64,000 nt of DNA from an uncultured delta proteobacterium (GCA_963778115.1 CAVZSV010000004.1:704001-768000), one strand, 5' to 3'; positions 31,248 to 40,960 are shown, counted from the first letter of the stretch. The notes: generated by a model not told the origin, from the sequence alone. A program made the numbers and translations.

Positions 31248-32615
31248 TTAGTATCCCATTCCGTATTGAGAGGGATATCCAGAGTAGCTGTAACCGCCAG
31301 GGGAGTAGCTCGACCCACCATAGCCGCCCATGCCGCCACCATATCCGCCCATGCCGCCGCTACCGTAACCCATTCCATATTGAGAGGGATAGCCGGAGTA
31401 ACTATAACCACCAGGAGAATAATTCGAACCACCGTAGCCGCCCATGCCGCCGTAGCCGGTGTTTCCGTATCCGCCACCATAGCCACCCATGCCGCCGTAG
31501 CCCGTATTTCCGTATCCGCCCATGCCGCCGTATCCGGTATTTCCGTATCCGCCACCATAGCCACCCATGCCGCCGTAGCCCGTATTTCCGTATCCGCCAC
31601 CATAGCCACCCATGCCGCCGTAGCCGGTATTTCCGTATCCGCCACCATAGCCGCCCATGCCGCCGTAGCCCGTATTTCCGTATCCGCCACCATAGCCGCC
31701 CATACCGCCGTAGCCAGATCCATAACCCATTCCACCGTAGTTAGATCCGTATCCACCGCCCATTCCGCCGTATCCACCGTAACCTATTCCGCCGTATCCA
31801 CCGCCCATTCCGCCGTATCCGCCGTAACCTATTCCGCCGTATCCGCCGCCCATTCCGCCGTATCCGCCGTATCCGCCGCCCATTCCGCCATATCCGCCGT
31901 AACCCATTCCGCCATATCCGCCGTAACCCATTCCGCCGTATCCGCCGTAACCCATTCCGCCGTATCCGCCGTAACCCATTCCGCCGTATCCGCCGTAACC
32001 CATTCCGCCGTATCCGCCGTATCCCATTCCGCCGTATCCGCCGTATCCCATTCCGCCGTATCCGCCGTATCCCATTCCGCCGTATCCGCCGTATCCCATT
32101 CCGCCGTATCCGCCGTATCCCATTCCGCCGTATCCGCCGTAACCCATTCCGCCGTATCCTATGCTACCGTATCCACCACCGTAACCGGCATAGCCACCGG
32201 CGTATCCGCCGTAGCCGTAACTGGGATACCCGTAACCATATCCGCCATAGCCACCGTATCCATAACTGGGATAACCGTATCCATAGCTGCTGTAGCCGCC
32301 GTAACCCAGACCGTAACCGGCATAGCCACCGGCGTATCCGCCGTAACCATAACTGGGATACCCGTAACCATATCCGCCATATCCGCCATATCCGCCGTAG
32401 CCGTATCCGCCACCAAATCCGATCCCGATCGAAAAATATTTATCATTTACTGATGCTGAAGTGGTGGAGGAGTTGGTTGTCGTGGAAGCGACTGCCAAAG
32501 GGTGTGAGTAAGAGGGGTTCGCGACACCGGTATCTACCGCTGCATGCTCCGCATGGACCACAGAAGACAGAGCAAAACCTAATATGAAAAAACGGGTAAC
32601 CAATCCGCGATTCAT
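31248..32615 (-). CDS. Secreted Gly/Tyr/Met-rich low-complexity repeat protein
   Basis: GAGG RBS, signal peptide VHA-E, then about 390 aa of GYGGYGGM and GGYGGGYGNTGYGGM repeats; repeat variation mostly at third codon positions in this frame. Confidence 0.85.
   Translation of the reverse strand: MNRGLVTRFFILGFALSSVVHAEHAAVDTGVANPSYSHPLAVASTTTNSSTTSASVNDKYFSIGIGFGGGYGYGGYGGYGGYGYGYPSYGYGGYAGGYAGYGLGYGGYSSYGYGYPSYGYGGYGGYGYGYPSYGYGGYAGGYAGYGGGYGSIGYGGMGYGGYGGMGYGGYGGMGYGGYGGMGYGGYGGMGYGGYGGMGYGGYGGMGYGGYGGMGYGGYGGMGYGGYGGMGYGGYGGMGYGGYGGMGGGYGGYGGMGGGYGGIGYGGYGGMGGGYGGIGYGGYGGMGGGYGSNYGGMGYGSGYGGMGGYGGGYGNTGYGGMGGYGGGYGNTGYGGMGGYGGGYGNTGYGGMGGYGGGYGNTGYGGMGGYGNTGYGGMGGYGGGYGNTGYGGMGGYGGSNYSPGGYSYSGYPSQYGMGYGSGGMGGYGGGMGGYGGSSYSPGGYSYSGYPSQYGMGY
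31435..32160 (-). repeat. Intragenic tandem repeats: about 6 x 45 nt (31435-31720) and about 11-12 x 24 nt (31880-32160)
   Basis: cccattccgccgtatccgccgta(a/t) recurs every 24 nt; 45-nt units encode GGYGGGYGNTGYGGM. Confidence 0.95.
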
Positions 32616-32666
32616 GAGAACCTCTTAAAGCAGTCCGGTGTTCATTAACCGGACGTGTGCAAAGTG

Positions 32667-32682
32667 TGCACTCCCTGAGCCA
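32667..32682 (-). promoter_or_regulatory. Putative sigma54 promoter of the Gly/Tyr-rich gene
   Basis: Minus strand TGGCTCAGGGAGTGCA (GG-N10-GC); followed by a 5'UTR hairpin GTCCGGT/ACCGGAC. Confidence 0.55.
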
Positions 32683-32793
32683 TGGTATTCCAGGCTCCGA
32701 GCTTCTCAATCGGCTCAAAAACGGTAGGTGATTTGTTATACCCCGGTGACAAAGATCGACATAAAAAACGTAGACTCGTCGTGTACGGGGAAT

Positions 32794-32895
32794 GCTCATG
32801 CTAATGTGAGAGTTCATGTTCACTTCAAAGCTCACGCTAACGAAACTGACCATGAACATGAACGTAATACTTGGACTTGAGCGTGAGCCTATGCG
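32794..32895. repeat. Nested palindromic intergenic element, copy 1
   Basis: GTTCATGTTCA/TGAACATGAAC perfect inverted repeat; GCTCAYGCT/AGCGTGAGC outer arms; related to 49467-49558. Confidence 0.7.
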
Positions 32896-32937
32896 TTTTC
32901 TCTCCTCGCCGTTACTGCCTCCTGCTACCCTATATAA

Positions 32938-33630
32938 ATGCGCCTTTTTACTTTTGCCTTACTCGCTGTAACTAGTCTCCGGGCCATGGCCCAACCCATC
33001 ACCACCAACAACATTCAGTTCGTGAATCCGCCCTCTTGGTTGACCGAGACCATGATCACAGACAGTGTTTCAAAAATTCAGAATTATTTGGAATGGGATC
33101 TCATCCGAATCCGCGCTTTCTATCATTCCGACCCCAAAGAGTATCAAGCGGAAACGGAGCTACGCTTTACGACTAACGCTTTTTTCCGCCGGGCCGATCA
33201 GAGCATTCACTTAAGTCCTAAAGTAAACTCCAAAAACTTCAATCAAGTTTTTGGACACGAGTTAGTTCACGCCATTTTCTTTCAAAAATACAAATCGGCG
33301 ATTCCAAGCTGGTTGGAAGAAGGATTCGCAAATTTCATCGGAACCCATTCTAAGCCCGATTACGCCTGGCTGAGCAAGCAACCTGCGGTCGATGTGACGA
33401 CTCTTACCCATCCACAGACAGACCTCTCTGGCTCTAGGTTTCATTACGAGGCTTCCACAGCCCTGATAGAAATGATAGCCAGCCGTTGTTCTTTAAAAGA
33501 TCTCTTGCAGCTTTCCGTCGGAAGTCGTCTTCAGAATTACTTGAAAACCTATTGTGAAATCTCAGATATCAATCTCTCCTATCGTCGGTGGATTGCCCTA
33601 AAGTCGCGCAAAATGGCGATTTTAAAGTAA
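32938..33630 (+). CDS. Secreted gluzincin/peptidase MA-like metalloprotease
   Basis: Signal peptide AMA-Q; HELVH and PSWLEEGFA. Confidence 0.75.
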   Translation: MRLFTFALLAVTSLRAMAQPITTNNIQFVNPPSWLTETMITDSVSKIQNYLEWDLIRIRAFYHSDPKEYQAETELRFTTNAFFRRADQSIHLSPKVNSKNFNQVFGHELVHAIFFQKYKSAIPSWLEEGFANFIGTHSKPDYAWLSKQPAVDVTTLTHPQTDLSGSRFHYEASTALIEMIASRCSLKDLLQLSVGSRLQNYLKTYCEISDINLSYRRWIALKSRKMAILK

Positions 33631-33730
33631 GTATCGCATACCTTAGCTTCTCGATCGTCTATTTAAGTTGAGTTAAAATTAACCTATATCATCCCTTCTA
33701 TGATTTTCTCATTGCCCACGAAGGAGACGC

Positions 33731-34507
33731 ATGCTGCTCCGCGCCATTAAAAAGCAATTCTTCCATACCTTCCGAAAATACCCTTTTACGAGGTGGTTAT
33801 TTCAACTCAATCACTACGTTTCCGACGTGAAAGTTATTTATGGTCTTCCCCGAGAGAAGGCGACCGTTCTGGTCATGTGTAGTTCTCCCGAAGGAGAGAC
33901 GATTGGTTGTGGCGGAACGATTGGCCTGTATGCTCAAGGTGGGCATGCGGTTGATGTCCTCTATTTCGATCAAGACGCGCACAGCGAAACTCAAAAAGCG
34001 TCTTCCATTTTGGGAGTTCGTCAGACGTCTCACTTCAAAACCGATCCATCCCATCCTCAGGGATTATCGCAACAGATCGTGAAGCTGTTTTCTGAAACCC
34101 ATTACGATTCGATCTTTTGTCCCTGGCCATGGCCTGGAATACCGGGTGAAGGGTTAAATCTTTTTCAGGTATTGCAACAAGCCCTGAAAGAGACTTCGCT
34201 GCATCCTGAAATCTGGCTTTATGAAATCTGGAACCAGCTCCCAGCAAATAGACTTATTCCCATCGATGGAAGTGTCCTATTGAAACAAAAAGCGATCAAA
34301 GCCATCACTAAGTTGTTAAGAACCAAACACCCGGACAAGAAGGCCCTCTCCGTTAGCAAACGGCGAAGCTTTTTGTGCAAGGAATCGGATTTTGCGGAAG
34401 CATTTTTCTTCTGTAATAAAGAACAGGCACTTACCTTGTCCCAACCGCCCACCAGCGAAACCTTCTCCCCCGTGAAACCCAAAGTGCAAATGATGGCGAC
34501 CGACTAA
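33731..34507 (+). CDS. PIG-L/LmbE deacetylase-like protein with a degenerate active site
   Basis: SSPEGETIGCGGT in place of APHPDDETIGCGGT; IWLYEIW; FAEAF. Confidence 0.7.
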   Translation: MLLRAIKKQFFHTFRKYPFTRWLFQLNHYVSDVKVIYGLPREKATVLVMCSSPEGETIGCGGTIGLYAQGGHAVDVLYFDQDAHSETQKASSILGVRQTSHFKTDPSHPQGLSQQIVKLFSETHYDSIFCPWPWPGIPGEGLNLFQVLQQALKETSLHPEIWLYEIWNQLPANRLIPIDGSVLLKQKAIKAITKLLRTKHPDKKALSVSKRRSFLCKESDFAEAFFFCNKEQALTLSQPPTSETFSPVKPKVQMMATD

Positions 34508-34514
34508 GGGTTAG

Positions 34515-36622
34515 TTAAGAAGCCTCCCCCCAAACGCGACTCTTTCTGATAACTTCCCGGACACATGGATTCTGTAAGGCTCCCGAAGCATTCGCATTCA
34601 CGGCACGGCAGGCGTCACGAAGCGCTTTTTCTTGATTCAGGCGGCGAAACCAGATTGTGGAGGCGTGCTTTCCGTCTCCGGTTTCGATCGCAACACCATA
34701 AGGTTGTCTTCGCAAGACTTCCCGACGGATATCTTGAGCCATCCACGGATCTCCACTAAATGCCGTCCCTCGCTCTCCCGAAGTAATAATATTCGCGACT
34801 CTAGGGAAGGTGAATAAACTCATTCCCATGGAGAGCGCGTTGAGACTTTCGCTCGCTCCGCATACTAACGCCACGACGTCCCTATCATTATCAAAGGGAT
34901 CTTCGAAGCAATCGCGAACGCTCTCAGCGTATGCTAAGCCCCGACTACGGCTTAAATAGGCTAGCAAGGTATTCCTATCGGTAATTCCCGCGTCGGTAAG
35001 ACCGCTCAAACCAGCCCGGTCGCGAAGGGCAACCAAATAGTCACCCAAGGTAAGTTGATAATTTATCAGCCAAGCTAACTGTTCCAAGACCGAGTGGCGG
35101 TGAGAAAAATCAACCCTCCCCCTTTTATGGTGATCCAATTCGACCACTTCGATACCCAATTCATCGAAAGTCTTCATCATGAATTGCGGAAGGCCGTGGA
35201 CCTCCGCCAGTACCACCCGCTTAATACTTTTACGAATGACTTCATTAGCGATTTGATGGGCCGCTTCATCCGATACTTGAATCGTTCCATGAGGAGTTTC
35301 TAGATTGAACCCTTCGATCGAAACTCTCTGACTGGAATTCTTAATGAGCCGAGCGATGGCAATCCCTTCCAGGTCGTTTAACGAATATACGACCAATGTC
35401 TTTGGCATCGAGGGGTTCAGATACCGCTGCACGCCCGGACGATTCCTGTTTCCGAGCACTTGAGGCTCGATATCCGCCACCAAACGAAGGGAGGGATCCA
35501 AGTTACGGCTCGCGTGCAGCAATTTTTCCAAGACATCTTCTCGGGGAACTCTGTTTCCCAGAAAGCGAGGAGATTTCGCTTTTCTCTAAGGGTTGCGCGA
35601 AAATAAAGATCCACCAGATCCTTTGTCTCGCGCGCGTCTATCGCTTTTGCGACTGAGGGGACGGGAATATTGATATCGATCTTCAGTTTCCTCGGCAAGA
35701 TGAGCGGCCTAGCCCATCGGGCGAGTACTTTAAGATCAACCTCCCTAAAAGGTCCTCCAATACGTTCTCTAAGATATCTTTCGACCACGCCGCGAATTTT
35801 AGGAATATTTCCTAGAACGAGCGCTTTGTTGCTCATTGAATTCTTTCGGTCCGCTTCGGAGAGAACACGAAATGCGGGGTCGAAAACATCAGAAAAACTT
35901 TCCCACGTAATCCCCTCAAGCCGATTCAAGAAAGCCGAAATCCGTATCGTAAAATCCCAAGCATCGGCGCTATCCATAGCTTGGAGTTGTTGGTACGGAA
36001 AGGAAACCATCATCTTCTTAAAAACTTGGTAGCGATCGGAATTTAAGAGGTCCTCAAAAAGAGAGAAAACCCGATAATGAATCATCTCTCCGGCAAAATT
36101 CAGTTCCTGATGAGAACTTGCCCCCAAAGCAAAATGGGCAATCATGATCTTCATGAAGTTATATAGCCTTTGCGCGACGAGTGGATGATCCATTTGAACT
36201 TTTTCAAATAGGAAAGGCTCAATCAGCGCTGGGTACCATCCCTCGTTCTGCACATTCCAAGCAACCACTTCCCTTGGAAAAATACGCATGGCAACTTCTT
36301 GACTGGGGATCCCGTTATATTTTCGTCGAACTAAAATGGGACGGCGGGCAACATGCGCAATCCCTAAGGCTTCGTGAAACTCGTGAAGTGCCGCTTCTAG
36401 AACTATCTTGGCATTACTCCCTAAGGTGAGCACACCGAAGCGATCGGCGGGTTCTTTTACCAAATACCTTTCGAATTGGAGGGAACCGGTCACTTGCGCC
36501 GGAATCTCTCTTATAACCTGGAAATCCCGGTATTCTAGATATTGGTATAGATCATCGGCTCCATGGCCGTCCCCGGAACCCAGACAGGTCCCCAAAAATA
36601 TGAAAAAATACCAATAACGCAT
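34515..36622 (-). CDS. Probable single secreted protein (about 702 aa if one C is restored at 35543-35546): unknown N-terminal domain + NrN-like DHH phosphodiesterase; annotated as ORFs 35417-36622 and 34515-35531
   Basis: Signal peptide; 115-nt same-strand overlap at a C4 run; motifs NDLEG, LAEV, LDHH, SVLEQLA, LVALRDR. Confidence 0.6.
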
Positions 36623-36716
36623 TGAGCTATTATTCCCACGGACTAGATACCATAATCCACGCGATCAAGGAAAGTGATTGAAAGCCTGCCTGCGATGTGG
36701 AAAATGCAAAAACGCT

Positions 36717-37319
36717 ATGGAAACACTAACTTTAGATGGCCTGGATAAGGAACCTAAAATTGCCGGAATGGGAGACCGAGTGCTGGCCTTCTTACTCGAT
36801 GGAGCTATCCTTTTTTTCCCGTGCCTGGCGGTTCACTTTTCGATCCCGTTTGTAGCCCCTCTGATTCTGAAGTTCTTGTACTACCCCGTCTTTCATGCGT
36901 CTGCGCTCCAAGCCACCATCGGAAAGAAAGTGATGGGTATCAGAGTCGCCGACGCCAACGGAAAAGCCATTAGTCTGCCTAACGCTTTCATTCGTGAGTT
37001 AGTAGCGACGGCTTCCACATGCTGTTTTTTTGCCGGCCATTTTGTGGCGTTTTTTACCGCCAAACACCAAGCCGTGCATGACCTGGCGGTGGGTTCCTTC
37101 GTAACAGAAGCTCCGGCCACGGAAATCTCATTATGGGAAGCATGGACAAGTACGGTGCGCCGAATGTTTTATTCGGTGTCGGAGTCAGCGACTTCTACCT
37201 TTCAAAGCCAACCTTCGGTAGGACGGCAAATCACCGAGCTCGAAAGGCTCAATGACCTGCGAAAACAAGGGGTCATCTCCGAAGAAGAGTTTCAGCGACT
37301 CAAATCGAAACTCGTTTAA
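36717..37319 (+). CDS. RDD family membrane protein with a C-terminal SHOCT domain
   Basis: AGMGDRVLAFLLD, QATIGKKVMGIRV, QAVHDLAVGS; ELERLNDLRKQGVISEEEFQRLKSKL. Confidence 0.85.
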   Translation: METLTLDGLDKEPKIAGMGDRVLAFLLDGAILFFPCLAVHFSIPFVAPLILKFLYYPVFHASALQATIGKKVMGIRVADANGKAISLPNAFIRELVATASTCCFFAGHFVAFFTAKHQAVHDLAVGSFVTEAPATEISLWEAWTSTVRRMFYSVSESATSTFQSQPSVGRQITELERLNDLRKQGVISEEEFQRLKSKLV

Positions 37320-37326
37320 GACAAGT

Positions 37327-37938
37327 CTAAGGATGAATGTCGCGGTAAAAGGCTTCCACTCCCGCAATACAGCGAGAGGTCGGATCGAGTTCGTTTCGAC
37401 ACTCGCATGAGAGATTCTGCAGTTCATTGAATTCGTAAGCGGTGGACTGCTTTTCCAACATTTCATACATCTGAGTTCGCGCGTCGTAGAGAGCCTCATT
37501 ACATTCAAGTCCACTACCCGCGATCGCAAAAGTAGGAGACTCGTTTAGGCTGGGGCCATGAATCGATCCGCTTAGTGTCTTATTAAGGTCGATAGAGACC
37601 GATAGTTCCTGAACATAGGAGCCTAAGCAGGAATACTTTCTTTCTCCTTCAAAGATTCCGCACTCACAAGTTCCCGGTACCACCTCGGCCGGCGTTACTA
37701 ATGTCCCTGTCAGCGGAATAGTGTTCGACCATTGATAAAAAGTATTTAGTGCATCGGATTTCGCCTCGGCACAGCTGGATCCACTGCCTTCGATAGCGTG
37801 GAAATAAAGCCGCGTGTAGTACGACGTCATGACTGTAGGTGTGGGAATAGGCGGGAGTGTCGTCCCGAAAGCCGAAAAAGTGGCCGAAATAGCCATCACG
37901 GAAAAGAAAACGGTTCTGAATTTAGTACTAGCTGGCAT
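37327..37938 (-). CDS. Secreted Cys-containing hypothetical protein with a duplicated domain
   Basis: GGGGGA RBS before ATG 37938; signal peptide AFG; GSGSSCAEAKSDA..CEC..C and GSGLECNEALYDA..CEC..C. Confidence 0.65.
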   Translation of the reverse strand: MPASTKFRTVFFSVMAISATFSAFGTTLPPIPTPTVMTSYYTRLYFHAIEGSGSSCAEAKSDALNTFYQWSNTIPLTGTLVTPAEVVPGTCECGIFEGERKYSCLGSYVQELSVSIDLNKTLSGSIHGPSLNESPTFAIAGSGLECNEALYDARTQMYEMLEKQSTAYEFNELQNLSCECRNELDPTSRCIAGVEAFYRDIHP

Positions 37939-37966
37939 GAATCCCCCAAAAAAAAACAGAAAGTCG

Positions 37967-37982
37967 AACAACCTCTGTGCCA
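37967..37982 (-). promoter_or_regulatory. Possible sigma54 promoter (non-canonical -12)
   Basis: TGGCACAGAGGTTGTT: perfect -24, TTGT instead of TTGC. Confidence 0.35.
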
Positions 37983-38314
37983 CGAAACTAAATCAATTCT
38001 ATGATTAGCGCATGGCGGTCCGCATAAAGGAGCCGGCCCATCGACGAAACCAATCCTTCCCAAACGGACACGATGCGGTTTGGGAGCAACACCGTGAAAA
38101 TTTTGCCTGAGTTTCGGTTCTATATAGACAATGGTTATTAAAGATCGGGTAGTTAGCTGATCCAATTCATAAATTTTGCTTTGCTTATTTTTATACCAGT
38201 GTTAAATTTATCGAAATTTCAACGGGTTAGCCTTACCATTTGAAATTGGATTTATTTCATTGCAAAAAAAGGTAGTTCAGAATACTTGGAGTTACGCAAA
38301 GGAGGACATTCTCT

Positions 38315-38899
38315 ATGAAGATGTCGATGAAGAAACTGTTGTTTGTAAGTGTTATTGGTTTTTGGTCCCTCTCGGCTTCCGCGAATAATCAATTGGGAGT
38401 TGAAGGTGGTGTAAACTTGTCGAACATTAGCACTGGCCCTACGTCGTCAACCACGTCGAGTTTGACGAAGTTGGATATTGCTGCGTTCTACGATTGGAAA
38501 CTAATGGATTGGTTGTACTTCGCCCCCGGTATTGGATACCAGGGTCGTGGAGCATCAGCGTCGGGCGTCACCGCCTCCGCTGATTGGATCGAGGTTCCTC
38601 TTCTCGCCAAGGCGAAATTCGCCACGGGAAGCATTGTGACCCCCATCATTCTTACGGGCCTTGTTCCGGCCTTCAAGATTGGTGAGAACACCAGTCCCTC
38701 ATTCTACAGCTCGTTTGACTTGGGCTTCACGTTCGGCGGTGGTGCTGAATTCGAAGTTTCTCCCGGAGTCACGGTAGGAGCCACCGTTCGTTATACGTTG
38801 GGCCTACTCAATACGCTTAACTCCGCCTATACGGGTAGTGGTAGCAGCGTAAAGAACAACGGATTGCAGATCTTGGCCTCTTTAGGCTTCGCAATGTAA
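38315..38899 (+). CDS. Outer-membrane beta-barrel protein (porin/OMP_b-brl_2-like)
   Basis: AGGAGG RBS, signal peptide, GVEGGVNLS, WIEVPLLAK, FDLGFTFGGG, RYTLGL, terminal LGFAM. Confidence 0.85.
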   Translation: MKMSMKKLLFVSVIGFWSLSASANNQLGVEGGVNLSNISTGPTSSTTSSLTKLDIAAFYDWKLMDWLYFAPGIGYQGRGASASGVTASADWIEVPLLAKAKFATGSIVTPIILTGLVPAFKIGENTSPSFYSSFDLGFTFGGGAEFEVSPGVTVGATVRYTLGLLNTLNSAYTGSGSSVKNNGLQILASLGFAM

Positions 38900-38918
38900 T
38901 CTTTCGAGTTAAAGATTT

Positions 38919-38953
38919 AAGCCCTGGACCCGCTGGGTCCGGGGCTTTTTTTT
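38919..38953 (+). terminator. Rho-independent terminator
   Basis: AAGCCCTGGACCC-GCT-GGGTCCGGGGCTT followed by a T tract. Confidence 0.9.
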
Positions 38954-38955
38954 GC

Positions 38956-39020
38956 CTAAAGGTATCCGTTACTTCCATATGGACCGGAAGTAACGGATAC
39001 CTTTAGTTGGATACCTTTAG
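38956..39020. repeat. Perfect 21-bp inverted repeat plus a partial third copy (REP-like)
   Basis: CTAAAGGTATCCGTTACTTCC (38956-38976) / GGAAGTAACGGATACCTTTAG (38986-39006); GGATACCTTTAG again at 39009-39020. Confidence 0.85.
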
Positions 39021-39021
39021 T

Positions 39022-39636
39022 TTAGTTCCGCCGAAACCAGCCGGTAAAGCTATATCGCCAACAAGTAGGGGCTAGGACCTCATGAGGGACTCGATCGCTT
39101 AGAAATAAGACCAACCGCCCGGGCTCTGGGAAAATCTCTTTCGTTAGCTTTCCGGAGTTATCAAAAAGATTCAGCTGGCCTCCCCAGGAATCGAGCCAGG
39201 ACTCATTCAAATACAAAACCACCGAAACGGTCCTTGAATCATCGTCGCGAAATCGATCCCAATGTTTTTCGTAGAAGGCGCCCGCGGGATAAAGGGCAAA
39301 ATGGCCTTCGAATTGCGTAAGTCCCAAAAAAAGCCGTTCATTTAAATAACGGCGAAGACTTTCAAAATAGGAAAGCAAATCTTTTTGAACCGCAGAGGAC
39401 TTATCCGCTTCCAGCCAAAATGTTTGATCGCCACGGACGTCTGGAATTCGCTGTCTATTCTCCGCTCTTCCCACAAAGGCTGGCCTAAGTTCCCCCTCGG
39501 ATTTCAACCGAACGATTTCATTTCGAAAACAAGTCGTCTGATCTAAGGAAAGAAAGGAGTTTAGAACCGCCCAATCTTGCGCGACTAAAGTGTCCGCTAG
39601 ATTTCTACCGTCTTCACATACATACATGAAAGCCAC
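39022..39636 (-). CDS. 2OG-Fe(II) oxygenase (prolyl hydroxylase/SM-20-like)
   Basis: VRGD, YEKHWD, VVLYLN, GGQL, HEV, RYSFTGW. Confidence 0.9.
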   Translation of the reverse strand: MAFMYVCEDGRNLADTLVAQDWAVLNSFLSLDQTTCFRNEIVRLKSEGELRPAFVGRAENRQRIPDVRGDQTFWLEADKSSAVQKDLLSYFESLRRYLNERLFLGLTQFEGHFALYPAGAFYEKHWDRFRDDDSRTVSVVLYLNESWLDSWGGQLNLFDNSGKLTKEIFPEPGRLVLFLSDRVPHEVLAPTCWRYSFTGWFRRN

Positions 39637-39648
39637 TTATAAGAGCTC

Positions 39649-40923
39649 TTACCGTTCGTCGGCTACTGTTTCTAGCTCTAATTTCCAAAGCTCCTCCAAA
39701 CGCTCTCTTCTACGAATGACGGTAAATTTAGCCCCATCAACCAGAACTTCTGGAGCTCGTGGCCGAGTGTTGTAGTTGGATGCCATGGAGGATCCGTAAG
39801 CACCGCTTTCGCGAATCACCACTAACTCTCCAGGTTTCAAAGGAGGAAGCTTTCTGTCGGATCCCAAACAATCTCCCGTTTCACAAATTGGGCCTACGAC
39901 ATCGTAAAGGCTGTCCGTGGGAACGGACTGCTTAGCTGGTTCAATGGCATGGAAAGCGCTATAAAGGCTCGGACGAATGAGATCGTTCATCGCCGCATCG
40001 ATAACTAAGAATTGCTTCTTAGGGGTTGTTTTGTTTCCAATGACTTTGCTTAAGAGCACTCCCGATGTCGCAACTACCGATCTCCCCGGCTCAATGAGCA
40101 ATTTAAGACCTGTCTTTCGAACCGGAGCGATGATGGCCGAAGCGTAATCTTCGGCAGACACCGGAGTTTCGTCGTCATAACGAATTCCTAGTCCGCCTCC
40201 CATATCGATCATTTGAAGCACATGGCCTTGGTTCATCATTTCGTTCGTAAGAGCTACGATTTGTCCCGCCGCTTCAGCAAAGGGAGTGGCTTCGAGAATC
40301 TGGCTTCCGATATGGCAAGAGAGTCCTCGCAATTTCACAAAAGGATCATTCTTTAAAGTACGAGCTAGTTCCAAAGCCTCTTTCTCAAAAATTCCAAACT
40401 TATTCTCGTAAAGGCCGGTAGCAATATGGGGATGGGTCTTGACATCAATATTGGGATTGATGCGAAACATGACGGCGGCTTGCTTATTTTTTCTCGCGGC
40501 TATAGAGCGGATCCGCTCCAACTCTTCAGAAGACTCCACATTAAAAGAAAGTATCTGAACATCTAAAGCGCGTTCAATCTCTTCATCCTTTTTGCCAACG
40601 CCTGAAAAGACAATCTGCTCAGGCTTTGCTCCTGCAAGCAAAGCTCTTTCTAACTCTCCTACGGAAACCACATCGGCGCCAAATCCTTGCGCAAAGATAG
40701 TCTTAAGAAGGGTCAGATTAGAGTTCGATTTTACGGCAAAGCATGCGGTAGTCGGATAGCGGCTAAAAGCCCCTTTAATGCGGTGGCAGTTTTCCTCAAG
40801 TACCGCCTGAGAATAGACGTAAGCCGGTGTTCCTACCTTTTCTGCAATCCGAGAAAGAGGAACACTTTCGCAATACATTTCACCTTGTTGAATCCAGAAG
40901 GTTTGGCGCATACCACCTCGCAT
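39649..40923 (-). CDS. lysA: Diaminopimelate decarboxylase
   Basis: FAVKSNSN, HIGSQI, EPGRS, VGPICETGD, SNYNTRPR. Confidence 0.97.
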   Translation of the reverse strand: MRGGMRQTFWIQQGEMYCESVPLSRIAEKVGTPAYVYSQAVLEENCHRIKGAFSRYPTTACFAVKSNSNLTLLKTIFAQGFGADVVSVGELERALLAGAKPEQIVFSGVGKKDEEIERALDVQILSFNVESSEELERIRSIAARKNKQAAVMFRINPNIDVKTHPHIATGLYENKFGIFEKEALELARTLKNDPFVKLRGLSCHIGSQILEATPFAEAAGQIVALTNEMMNQGHVLQMIDMGGGLGIRYDDETPVSAEDYASAIIAPVRKTGLKLLIEPGRSVVATSGVLLSKVIGNKTTPKKQFLVIDAAMNDLIRPSLYSAFHAIEPAKQSVPTDSLYDVVGPICETGDCLGSDRKLPPLKPGELVVIRESGAYGSSMASNYNTRPRAPEVLVDGAKFTVIRRRERLEELWKLELETVADER

Positions 40924-40960
40924 TGTGCGGGAATGGGACTATTCCCCATTTTTGGTCCCG

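Noticed and set aside
31435..32160. Possible CRISPR array
   Set aside because: Units are contiguous 24/45-nt multiples of three with no unique spacers, inside a signal-peptide ORF; no cas genes
31214..32453. Long alternative-frame ORFs (31266-32453 +, 31214-31777 -, 31232-31744 +)
   Set aside because: Shadows of the stop-poor Gly/Tyr repeat; only 31248-32615 has an RBS and a signal peptide
24012..32615. RiPP system pairing the radical SAM/SPASM enzyme with the Gly/Tyr repeat protein
   Set aside because: Over 6 kb apart with unrelated genes between; the enzyme lacks an evident RRE domain and the repeat protein is Sec-exported
37990..38130. Possible riboswitch (TCCCAAAC/GTTTGGGA hairpin; GGCAAA on the minus strand)
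   Set aside because: Lacks the conserved c-di-GMP-I or other riboswitch cores I can recognise
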